Shown: in pieces, positions 55,027-63,683 of the stretch
Layout: each line of letters starts with the position of its first letter
Numbering within the stretch: position 1 is the stretch's first letter
DNA from: Candidatus Babeliales bacterium
GTDB lineage: Bacteria > Babelota > Babeliae > Babelales > JBFXEV01
NCBI GenBank assembly: GCA_963716425.1
Contig: OY970310.1
Coordinates: forward strand, 1,539,577 to 1,603,576
Direction: 5' to 3'
DNA length: 64,000 bases
Notes under the pieces: model-generated
Seen by the model: only the letters and a program-made list of their open reading frames with translations
Database searches by the model: none
Told to the model about the DNA's origin: nothing
Made by a program: the position numbers and the translations under genes

Positions 55027-55499
55027 TGAGCGTAGTTGTACATTTCTCTTGTTGCACATATGTCGTGTAATAAAATCATTCCTTTTGAATTCTGATGGGG
55101 GGGTGTATGGATTTAGTCTGCTGACTTTGCGCGCGATGCTCCGGTGATGATGGGTGTCAATTCTGAGTGAGAATTCAACTCTGGCAATTTCCGTTGGCTT
55201 TATGGTGTAAAGACTTGGGCATGGTTAAAAACTTTTGTTAGATCTGATTTTTATTCGTGTTTTTTTTACAAAGTGAATTCGGGCACTCCCAACTTTGCCC
55301 GAATTCCAGGCCTTTCGGCTTGGACTGCCACGGCGGGCAGGCCGTCTAGGCTGGCTATGGCTTTTTGCGTTAGCTTAGAACTCCGTCTGCCCCCCTCAGC
55401 TTTTTCATGGAGTTCGAGCTTCGCGTGCTTTACATGGGGGAACAAGATGGAGCTGATGGTGTCTGACTCCGTTAGCACTGTGTGCTTGGAGTGAATTTC

Positions 55500-55900
55500 A
55501 TTCTAAACCTATACATATATATAGGAGATATATATAGGATATATATGGTAAGTAGTAAGAGAATATGTATGTAGGTGCATACGTATATATAGGTACAAAT
55601 AAGAAATATATGAAAACTAGTTCCAATTAAGATAGCGTACAAGATATATAAGAGAAATATATAGATATATATGAATAGATACATCTAAGAATTAGATTAA
55701 TAAGATCTACTCTCCCCATGGAATCTTTATGTATAAGAATAAGAATTAGATTGGTAAGAATAAAAACTAGATAGATAGTATTTAGATAGATATGTGTACA
55801 TGTTGGTGAATAATGCTGTAGTTTAGTAATATATATGTAGTTTACATATATATGTCTTTGATTCAGTATATGTAGTATATGTATATATAAGAAAGCGAAT
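55500..55900 (+). repeat. C-depleted TA-rich low-complexity tract
   Basis: Many ATATATA(G/T)G-type units. By hand count there are about 33 C in about 420 nt on the plus strand. Confidence 0.7.
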
Positions 55901-56298
55901 CAAAATAAGAGCTAATTTCATTAATAGGGGAGAGTCAGATTTATTAATTAAAGTAAGAAGTCTTTGAAAACCAATTGATTAAGCGCATGTAAACATAAAA
56001 ACAAATCGCACGTCCATTTAAAATTAAAAACGACCTTAACCAAAGAACGTTGATTGGCGCTTTCTTTCTGTTGATTTTATTCTCATTTTTTCCCACAACT
56101 TTTCTGTTGATTCAAAAGTATTTGATAAAAGTGTTGAAAAACATTTGTGTTATATTCAAGATGCCTAAACTTCTTAAATCATAAGTTCTTGTATTTCTTA
56201 AAAGGGAAGAAGGGGGCGGCTGGTTTCTGTACCACGGTTTTTTTGCAGCAATCTGAGATAGCGCATTGTCTCTGTGAATATTATTTTTGCCAGTGTCA

Positions 56299-56332
56299 GG
56301 CGCCCTTCGACAGGCTCAGGATGAACGAGCGC
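56299..56332 (-). repeat. GC-rich REP-like dispersed repeat copy
   Basis: ggcgcccttcgacaggctcaggatgaacgagcgc, close to the reverse complement of the 54236-54262 core. Confidence 0.6.
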
Positions 56333-56440
56333 AGACACGTAGACGGAAACAATCTTACTTAGAGCTTCTTCGTTTTAGCCTTTAGTCTTGCCTGCTCCCG
56401 TAACTTTAGCGTCGAAGGATCGTGAACTATCAGGATAAAT

Positions 56441-57394
56441 TCAGTGGGTCGAAGGGCGATGACAATCGATGGTAATTGCTTGCAAATTTTTTATAAGAAT
56501 TGCTGCCCCATATGTGATCTGGATTTCAGGATACTTCCGAAGAGCTTTTAGTATGCTTTGCTTTATTCTCACAGCAAAAAATATGCCAGTATTTGGTCGT
56601 TCGAGCCATCGTTCTGCTGCAGCTCTTCTTTGTGCAACTATATCCTTAATAAGAGTGGGATCAATGGAATGCATAAGATCCTGAAGCGATACGTAGTCCT
56701 CCCCAGTTCTTTTATACGTAGCAACAATGTGTGGCACAATATGTGCAACTTCAAGAGGAGATACTGTGCATATCATGGTTTCTACAACTTTACTATCTTT
56801 GCGATGTACTGCAGCTTGAAACGGTGTTTCAGGTTGCAAATGAGGATAGTGCCGTGTATGGCAATTGGCACCGGCTTCAATGAGTAGTTGTACTACTTTG
56901 GGATCTCTTGCAAGGTGCAAAGGTGTTTGCCCGCAGTTATTCATAACATCCACCATCGGCACAAGACCACATAGTAATGCATATGGACGTTGATCATGGG
57001 ATACTCTTTGGGCCGTGCAAGCATCAATGAGTAGTTCAACTGCTTCTTCTTGATGCATTGATTCAGCCGCATAATGAAGCGGCGTGTTGCCATGCGTATC
57101 AAGACAATCGGCTGATATGCCACCTTGTATGAGAGCCTTCATTAATGGGGTTTGCCCAAAATGCGCAGCTCTGTGAAGGGGTGTTCTATTAAAGATATCC
57201 TTAAGGTGATTATAAGCACCCGCTTGAGCGCATTCGATTACTTCTTGCGTATGGTCACTATCATACGTTTCAAGGGGATAATAGGGCGGTTCCACAAGAA
57301 AAGTTTTTTGGCGCTTTGTTTCACTATCCATTGCGTGCATAGAAGTAATTGAAATACAGATGCAACTTATTAAAGCTAGAGTGGTTATTTTCAT
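56441..57394 (-). CDS. secreted ankyrin-repeat protein
   Basis: Leader MKITTLALISCICISITSMHAMD; ANK units (TPLHRAAHFGQTPLMKALIQGG, GNTPLHYAAE, GQTPLHLAR). Confidence 0.8.
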   Translation of the reverse strand: MKITTLALISCICISITSMHAMDSETKRQKTFLVEPPYYPLETYDSDHTQEVIECAQAGAYNHLKDIFNRTPLHRAAHFGQTPLMKALIQGGISADCLDTHGNTPLHYAAESMHQEEAVELLIDACTAQRVSHDQRPYALLCGLVPMVDVMNNCGQTPLHLARDPKVVQLLIEAGANCHTRHYPHLQPETPFQAAVHRKDSKVVETMICTVSPLEVAHIVPHIVATYKRTGEDYVSLQDLMHSIDPTLIKDIVAQRRAAAERWLERPNTGIFFAVRIKQSILKALRKYPEIQITYGAAILIKNLQAITIDCHRPSTH

Positions 57395-57417
57395 ATATGG
57401 GTCTTGAGGTTTTGTGT

Positions 57418-58743
57418 TTATTTATTTTTTAATTCTTCAATAACTGTATATTCGCGATTATTAATAGTAATCGTATCACCAACTTTTAGTTTCTGGGTAT
57501 CGAGCATCATCTTAACGTGTTGCAGTTGAGTGTGCCGTTGCTCGATGCCAGCAAGATCCTTGGCGAAGGCTGTTTTGAATCTATGTCCTAGATATGCTTT
57601 TATTTCACTATTGTCATTAGGGTCAAGTAGTTTGAGGATTTTTTCGGGTGCTTTAGCTTCTCGAGCAATATCATATGCGGTGCGTCCTTTATGGTCTTTG
57701 GCAGCTTTTAGGACGTTGGACAGTGTAAGTTGCTTATCTATTTTACGATTCATTCTTCTGGTAAACTTCTCCATAATAGCCACCGCAGCTCGGTACTCTT
57801 TATTAGTAATATCCTTGGGTGGGTTATCAGATGTTTTTAAAGCATCTATGGGGAATCTTTCATTCTCAAGAATCGGCTCTTGAAATATAGTCAAAAGATC
57901 ATAGCATAGTGCATAATGGCCATCAAGCACTGCTTGTTGTAATGGATTTAAGTTTGTATTGAATGAGGCTTGGGTAGGATGAGAAGGTCTTAAGTTTGCA
58001 TCAGGTAAGACAGGGGGACGATACGAATCCATTGCGTCTTGTTCTTTATTGAATCTTATATCAACATCAGCTACTCCTATTGAAGAATCATAAACGCGTA
58101 GTATCCGCGATGGTTGTGGCTGTTGGGTCTTTGGAGCATCATCCATACAAATTCTTTTCGGAATATTTTTGTTATTAAGCAGTTGCGCAATTTGAGACCG
58201 CGTAGATTCGGGAATGAGGCAGAGATTAACTTGAAATGCCGCAGGAACACGTTGTGGGTTAATATTATTGATAAGAATCTCTAAGATGGCAATGCGCCGT
58301 GCGGTAGTCTCTCGGTCATCTTCTGGTAAAAAAGATCTGAGCGCTCTATGTAATGAGACTGAACCATCATGAGAAACGAGCATTGCGTGTAGATCAACGC
58401 CAGCATCCTTGAGTGTTGTTACATGCTCTGGATTGCCCGCTACAATTGCTTGATCGAGTGCCCATGCAGTGTAATGATCACCATGTGTTTCTGCTATACG
58501 TCTGATGATGTCATGACGGCCCTGGTCCACTGCTGCTTTAAGCACGAGTTCAGGTTGTTCTATGCGCTGCACAGCAGGAGCTGTAAACACATGTTGGGAT
58601 ATGTTCTGCGGTGCATGTACTGTTCTATGAATAAGTTGTGTACCATTGGCATGAGGAACCATCATTGCATAACTATTATTGTGATAGAGTGTTAATGCCA
58701 GATAAAGCGTTAAGAATAAATATATGTTAAGTGGTTTTTTCAT
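57418..58743 (-). CDS. secreted protein with ankyrin-like repeats
   Basis: Leader MKKPLNIYLFLTLYLALTLYHNNSYAMM; degenerate ANK-like units (LNPLQQAVLDGHYALCYDLL, GRTAYDIAREAKAPEKILKLL). Confidence 0.6.
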   Translation of the reverse strand: MKKPLNIYLFLTLYLALTLYHNNSYAMMVPHANGTQLIHRTVHAPQNISQHVFTAPAVQRIEQPELVLKAAVDQGRHDIIRRIAETHGDHYTAWALDQAIVAGNPEHVTTLKDAGVDLHAMLVSHDGSVSLHRALRSFLPEDDRETTARRIAILEILINNINPQRVPAAFQVNLCLIPESTRSQIAQLLNNKNIPKRICMDDAPKTQQPQPSRILRVYDSSIGVADVDIRFNKEQDAMDSYRPPVLPDANLRPSHPTQASFNTNLNPLQQAVLDGHYALCYDLLTIFQEPILENERFPIDALKTSDNPPKDITNKEYRAAVAIMEKFTRRMNRKIDKQLTLSNVLKAAKDHKGRTAYDIAREAKAPEKILKLLDPNDNSEIKAYLGHRFKTAFAKDLAGIEQRHTQLQHVKMMLDTQKLKVGDTITINNREYTVIEELKNK

Positions 58744-58837
58744 AGTGAACCTTTTGCGACAAAAAATGAGTATATATTATGCAAATATACACTTTTGATC
58801 AAATGATAGCAATATAAAGGGCTTTTTTATGAGATTT

Positions 58838-59974
58838 TTATGTGCGCGGTGCATCTAATGCTGCCATCAATTCCCGCGAGGCCTCGGTAAAAGCTGCTCT
58901 GTGTTGTTCAATTTTTTGAGGGTCAAGTATATCACTGTTGATATAGGGCGGTGTTGTTTGTGGGACGTTTTTAAGAATATCTTGAGGAGTGTGCAGGAGT
59001 TTTGTTCTTATAGTAAGAAGTTTGAGTAACAAGGCAAGTTGTTGATTGACCATTTCATGAATCAGTTTATGCCTGAAAGGGCAAAAATAACGCATGATAT
59101 GCACAAGAATAATGTCTTTAGGCACGCGGCTAAGATGCGATGCGGAAAATCTGTGTATTAGGAGCACAGTACGTGCGATTTCACGCTCCAAGTAAGCTTG
59201 GTATGGGATAATTAAGTTAATAAGACTACTTGTGCTAGCATCTTTGCAACGAGCTAATCTATGGATTGGTGTAAAACCCTGATCATCTTGTAACGTGGGA
59301 GTTACACCAAGTTGCATGAGTATAGGGAAAATGGGATAGAAACTTGTCAGCTTAGGTTGTGCAGCAAGACTCTCAAAGGTATAACGACCATCTTGTAAGG
59401 GCTTATGAATATCGGCACCATGCTGTCTTAACAGGGTGCAGAGTGCAAGAAGATCAGCAGGTGGTAATGTATTGCCGTGATCAAGGACCCAATAGAGAGG
59501 TGTTTTCCGTTGCATTTCTTCAAATTGAGCATTCGCTTGCCCAGTAGTAAGAAGAAGATGGCAAAGCGGGTAGTAACCATTCCTGAGTGCGTCGTACAGA
59601 AGATCTTGATTTGCAGTATAATCTAATGTACCGTTTGCAAACAGCTGTACGCATGCTTGAGTATCTTTATTCTTTAGTGCGGCTTCTAGCACTAGCTTGT
59701 CGCCTATGAAATAAGGAGATTTGTACTGAGGGTCATAATACTTGCTCTTTTTTTTGTGCGTATAGGCATCCATGAGCATTTTGCACTCTTCTTGGTACTG
59801 AGCAGGAACTTCCAGTATTGGTTTTGCGGCAGCTTGTAAACACGCGCTCGTTTTTGTAGCAGCGAACACAGCGGGGATTTTGAGTTTACCTTGTTTTTTT
59901 TTCTCCATAGCTTGCAACAAAAAGGGATTTACAAGAGCTACAATAAGTAATATCTGAGAGCGTACATTGTTCAT
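58838..59974 (-). CDS. secreted ankyrin-repeat protein with a non-ANK C-terminal region
   Basis: Leader MNNVRSQILLIVALVNPFLLQAME; ANK units (DLLYDALRNGYYPLCHLLL, KTPLYWVLDHGN, GFTPIHRLAR). Confidence 0.7.
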   Translation of the reverse strand: MNNVRSQILLIVALVNPFLLQAMEKKKQGKLKIPAVFAATKTSACLQAAAKPILEVPAQYQEECKMLMDAYTHKKKSKYYDPQYKSPYFIGDKLVLEAALKNKDTQACVQLFANGTLDYTANQDLLYDALRNGYYPLCHLLLTTGQANAQFEEMQRKTPLYWVLDHGNTLPPADLLALCTLLRQHGADIHKPLQDGRYTFESLAAQPKLTSFYPIFPILMQLGVTPTLQDDQGFTPIHRLARCKDASTSSLINLIIPYQAYLEREIARTVLLIHRFSASHLSRVPKDIILVHIMRYFCPFRHKLIHEMVNQQLALLLKLLTIRTKLLHTPQDILKNVPQTTPPYINSDILDPQKIEQHRAAFTEASRELMAALDAPRT

Positions 59975-59997
59975 GTAAGATGCCTTTCAATACTTAT

Positions 59998-60834
59998 TTA
60001 CGCGCCATATTTTAGATCTTCCGCCTTCAATCCTACAATAGAATCGATCAGCGCTTGGCGATGTTGTATACTATTGCTGGGATGCACTAATGCTGCAATA
60101 TCAAAACGTTTGCGGCGCATTGCCTCATTAAATGGGGTAACCCGAGCGTTATTTGCCATCATTAATAGGGCGTCCAATTCTTTTAATTCATATGCAAGTT
60201 TTTGCTCTAGAGAGGGTAGAAGATCGCGTTCCTTACAATGGGCTTTAAGAGTTGTTAATAACGCAAGTACTTCAGCGGGACCTTGATGTAGCATTGCTTG
60301 AAGAAGTGGGGTATCTCCAGTATCAAGACTTCGTGCTTTTTTGTTTGCACCTGCTTCTATAAGAGCAGTTATTATGGCTGCTTTTGGAACTTGAGCTCTA
60401 TATGTTGCATGATGTAATGGTGTAGGCCCTGCGATTACGTTTGTGCATTCAGCATTTGGATTGGCGCCATGTTTAAGGAAGAGGTTTGCAACTTCAGCAT
60501 TCCCAACATACGCTGCAATATGGAGCGCTGTTGCGCCGGTATCATCATGTGCGTTTGCATCAGCACCACTTTCAAGCAATTCAGTAAGTACTCCAAGATC
60601 GGGCTGATGAGTATAGGCGGTTAACAATAATTGTTCATCAAGCTCTTTTTGTAAGAGACACTTCCCCTTTGTTTCTTTAAGTTTTTGGTCGAGTGCACAT
60701 TGCTTTGGTGAGAAGGTGAGTCTGTTTGTACTAAAAGTTCTTTTTACTAAAATCCGCATTGCTTGTGCAGTACCAGATTCTGTAAGAAGCAAAATAACTA
60801 ACATGAGGCAGGTATATTGGTTGACGTTCTGCAT
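59998..60834 (-). CDS. secreted ankyrin-repeat protein
   Basis: Leader ...LLLTESGTAQAMR; GATALHIAAYVGNAEVANLFLKHGANPNA, PTPLHHATY and GDTPLLQAML. Confidence 0.8.
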   Translation of the reverse strand: MQNVNQYTCLMLVILLLTESGTAQAMRILVKRTFSTNRLTFSPKQCALDQKLKETKGKCLLQKELDEQLLLTAYTHQPDLGVLTELLESGADANAHDDTGATALHIAAYVGNAEVANLFLKHGANPNAECTNVIAGPTPLHHATYRAQVPKAAIITALIEAGANKKARSLDTGDTPLLQAMLHQGPAEVLALLTTLKAHCKERDLLPSLEQKLAYELKELDALLMMANNARVTPFNEAMRRKRFDIAALVHPSNSIQHRQALIDSIVGLKAEDLKYGA

Positions 60835-60914
60835 GGCAGTCTCCGTTTAAAAGGATAAGATATCTTCTGGTGTTACGGTACCATAGAATTGTGGAGTCGT
60901 AAACAACCTTGCAT

Positions 60915-61661
60915 TTAAATGGCTGACCCAAAAAGCCTGTTTACAAATTGGTCTGTTTTGCCTGCATCAACTAACGTTGCAATGCCATAAAATCCACGAC
61001 GCTCAGCATCTTGTTGCATGGTTACATTATTTTCATCAGGAAGCGAGAGCTCTAGCTTTAATTTCAAAAGTTCGCTTCTTACTCGAAGCGACAATAGTTG
61101 TCTTGAAGTATATTGAGTTGAAATTGTGCTGAGTATGCTTATGCATGCAGCTTTATCACCATGTACTATGGCATATTTTAAGGGTGAATATTCTGGGGTT
61201 ATCCATTTATCAGCACCTTTAAGAATAAGATATTTAATGATAACAGATCGTACACTTTTAGTTTTTTCTCTTTGGGTATCTACTGCACAATGGAGTGGTG
61301 ATAAGCGGTGCGCATTTATTACATTGGGTTGGGCACCACCTTTAACAAGTGCTTTGACTGCCAAGAAGTTTCCAACATCTGCCGCAAAATGTAATGCGGA
61401 ATTACCAAATTGATCGCATGTATTGGGATTGGCACCTTCTGCGATCAGACTTTGTATAATGTCTCCTGCAGACCAATAAGGACAAGTTGCGTTAAAGAGT
61501 AATGCTTGGTTTAACGCTTGTTGTCGCTCAAAGGTATTGAATTTCGGTTGTAAAGCTTGAGATTCGGGGGCATGTCTTTTTAGAGGTCTTTCCATTGCCA
61601 GCAATGCAGCAAAGGGAGAATAGGTTAAACATGCTAAAGCAAAAAGAGTAGTTTTATGCAT
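60915..61661 (-). CDS. secreted ankyrin-repeat protein
   Basis: Leader MHKTTLFALACLTYSPFAALLAME; GNSALHFAADVGNFLAVKALVKGGAQPN and SPLHCAV. Confidence 0.8.
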   Translation of the reverse strand: MHKTTLFALACLTYSPFAALLAMERPLKRHAPESQALQPKFNTFERQQALNQALLFNATCPYWSAGDIIQSLIAEGANPNTCDQFGNSALHFAADVGNFLAVKALVKGGAQPNVINAHRLSPLHCAVDTQREKTKSVRSVIIKYLILKGADKWITPEYSPLKYAIVHGDKAACISILSTISTQYTSRQLLSLRVRSELLKLKLELSLPDENNVTMQQDAERRGFYGIATLVDAGKTDQFVNRLFGSAI

Positions 61662-62298
61662 GACTGAATGTCCTTTATGATGTTACGTTACTTGGCCAGG
61701 ATGAAGCAATGCGTCGATGGCAAACGACCTTTCCACTAATGGTAACTGTTATATAATTAGCTTGGTGCTTCTTTATAAACCCTTTATCTTATTTAATCGC
61801 TTTATTATTTTGATTCTGGTTCCTATTAGTTCTTCTTTTTAGAATAGCCACTCTAATGACCATATTCAAGAGTTTGTAACGTGTTTTTTAGAAAGATCTT
61901 GCCTTTATTATGGATACGACAGGCTAAACTAGAGTCTATGGTAACATTAAGAAATTCAGTTGTAAACAAAATATGTGCCAAAAGAGTCTCTATATCGGGC
62001 CTTAGGAACGATTTGTATTCTTTTATGCTATAGATTTTTTGACAAAGTTTACTAAATAATTCATAGTAAATAATGATAATTTAAATCATATAATAGAGAG
62101 GATCTTTATGTCCTATATACAGAACCACTTATTACTTCAATCTCTTGAATTGTTTCCTTCTGTTTGCACCCCAATGGCAAGCATGCCTTTCTTTATGATG
62201 GCTTAGGCCATATATACTTTTTCCCTAACAATTTATTATAAGTTATTTCAGCTCTCACGGCAGGTGTGAGTATATTTTTTGCATTTTAAAGGCACGGT

Positions 62299-63588
62299 AT
62301 GTTAATATTTATTCAATTTTTTCCCATGATCTTGTTTGTGCTGCTCTATGTTGGCAGTGGGTTATATTTTACCTTTCAAGGTGTAGAGAACGCTTTTTAT
62401 CAGATCTCGCCAACAGTTGCCATTATACCGGCACTTATTCTTGCATGGGTACTGCGTAAAGGGTCAACCCAAAATAAGATGGATGCTTTTATAGATGGGG
62501 CACGGCATAGAGACATTATCACTATGTGTTTTATCTTTCTGCTGGCGGGTGCCTTTAGTACCGTAACATCTGCTATTGGCAGTGTGGATGCAACGGTAAA
62601 TGTGGCGCTTGCACTACTTCCTGCGCGGTTCTTGCTTATTGGCATATTTATTGCGGGTGCATTTATCTCCACCGCCATTGGTTCTGCGCTCGGTACTATT
62701 GCAACGCTTGCGCCTATTGCGGTAGGGCTTGCAGAGCAAGGAGCTTTTCCGATGGCGCTTGGCATGGGGACTGTGGTTGGTGCTGCAATGTTTGGTGACA
62801 ATTTATCTTTGATTTCTGATACAACCATTGCTGCAGTGCTTTCTCAACATGCAGATTTTAGGAAGAAGCTAAAACTCAATTGCATTGTGGCCAGTATAGC
62901 AGCAGTAATAACAATGGCACTCTTATATTGGGCGCATGCATCAGGCGCAGAGATAGCAGCGCAAGAGCATTCTCTTATTTTGGTGGTACCATATCTTGCT
63001 TTAATTGCTTTAGCGGTAATCGGCATTAATGTGTTTGTGGTATTGATAGTTGGTTTGCTTCTTTCGGCATGTATTGGTTTTGCAACTTCAAATTATTCCT
63101 TGATTGCCTTAAGCGCAGATATTACCTCGGGTTTTGCCAGCATGTATGATATTATGTTGCTTTCTATGCTCGTGGGCGCATTATCGGGGCTTGTGGGCCA
63201 TGAGAATGCGCTGCTTAAGAAGTTAGAGCATATTATTCCTGTGCGCGGTGGTAAAAAGCTTGCGCAATTATTGATAGGAAGTATTGTATCAGTGTGTGAT
63301 CTGTTACTTGCAAATAATACAGTATCAATTGTGTTTTGCGGTGATATTGCAAGAAACATTGCACAGAAATATCGCATTCCTGCGCATTATAGTGCTGCGT
63401 GGCTTGATGTGTTTTCTTGTGTAATGCAAGGCATTATCCCACATGGCGCACAAGTGTTGCTCGCAAGCTCCCTGGCAGGTATTTCTCCTTTGGCTGTCGC
63501 TAGCCATGTGTATTATTGTTATGTGTTGGGTCTTGTGACTATTGTATATATTGTGAGTGCGAACATTGAAGAAACAGAATGTGAATGA
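62299..63588 (+). CDS. polytopic membrane transporter, NhaC-type Na+/H+ antiporter-like
   Basis: 429 aa with about 11-12 TM helices. The overall resemblance to NhaC-family C-terminal domains is from memory only. Confidence 0.4.
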   Translation: MLIFIQFFPMILFVLLYVGSGLYFTFQGVENAFYQISPTVAIIPALILAWVLRKGSTQNKMDAFIDGARHRDIITMCFIFLLAGAFSTVTSAIGSVDATVNVALALLPARFLLIGIFIAGAFISTAIGSALGTIATLAPIAVGLAEQGAFPMALGMGTVVGAAMFGDNLSLISDTTIAAVLSQHADFRKKLKLNCIVASIAAVITMALLYWAHASGAEIAAQEHSLILVVPYLALIALAVIGINVFVVLIVGLLLSACIGFATSNYSLIALSADITSGFASMYDIMLLSMLVGALSGLVGHENALLKKLEHIIPVRGGKKLAQLLIGSIVSVCDLLLANNTVSIVFCGDIARNIAQKYRIPAHYSAAWLDVFSCVMQGIIPHGAQVLLASSLAGISPLAVASHVYYCYVLGLVTIVYIVSANIEETECE

Positions 63589-63642
63589 CGTTTATTAACT
63601 TTAAAGATACTCTCATCACATTTCTTGAACGTTTGTAATAGT

Positions 63643-63682
63643 AAAAAAGCCGTTGTATAAAATTTTATACAACGGCTTTTTT
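63643..63682. terminator. perfect palindromic bidirectional terminator
   Basis: aaaaaagccgttgtataaaa / ttttatacaacggctttttt. Confidence 0.75.
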
Positions 63683-63683
63683 A

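Noticed and set aside
55266-55494. Overlapping 70 and 73 aa ORFs in the GC-rich island, which I also considered as tmRNA, RNase P RNA or SRP RNA
   Set aside because: ORFs on both strands covering the same GC-rich patch are typical of non-coding GC islands. I found none of the diagnostic RNA motifs: a tRNA-like GGGG...TTCGA..CCACCA end, GAGGAAAGTCCGGGC, or GGAAGGAAGCAG. An unknown ncRNA is not excluded, so the region is kept as a finding rather than a feature.
55472-55684. 70 aa Ile/Tyr/Leu-rich ORF
   Set aside because: It is a translation of the TA-rich low-complexity tract and has no coding signature.
55500-56150. Replication origin (AT-rich DUE plus DnaA boxes)
   Set aside because: I found no cluster of TTATCCACA-like boxes; the best is TTTCCCACA near 56088, with 2 mismatches. 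There is no dnaA or dnaN nearby. This cannot be judged without whole-genome GC skew.
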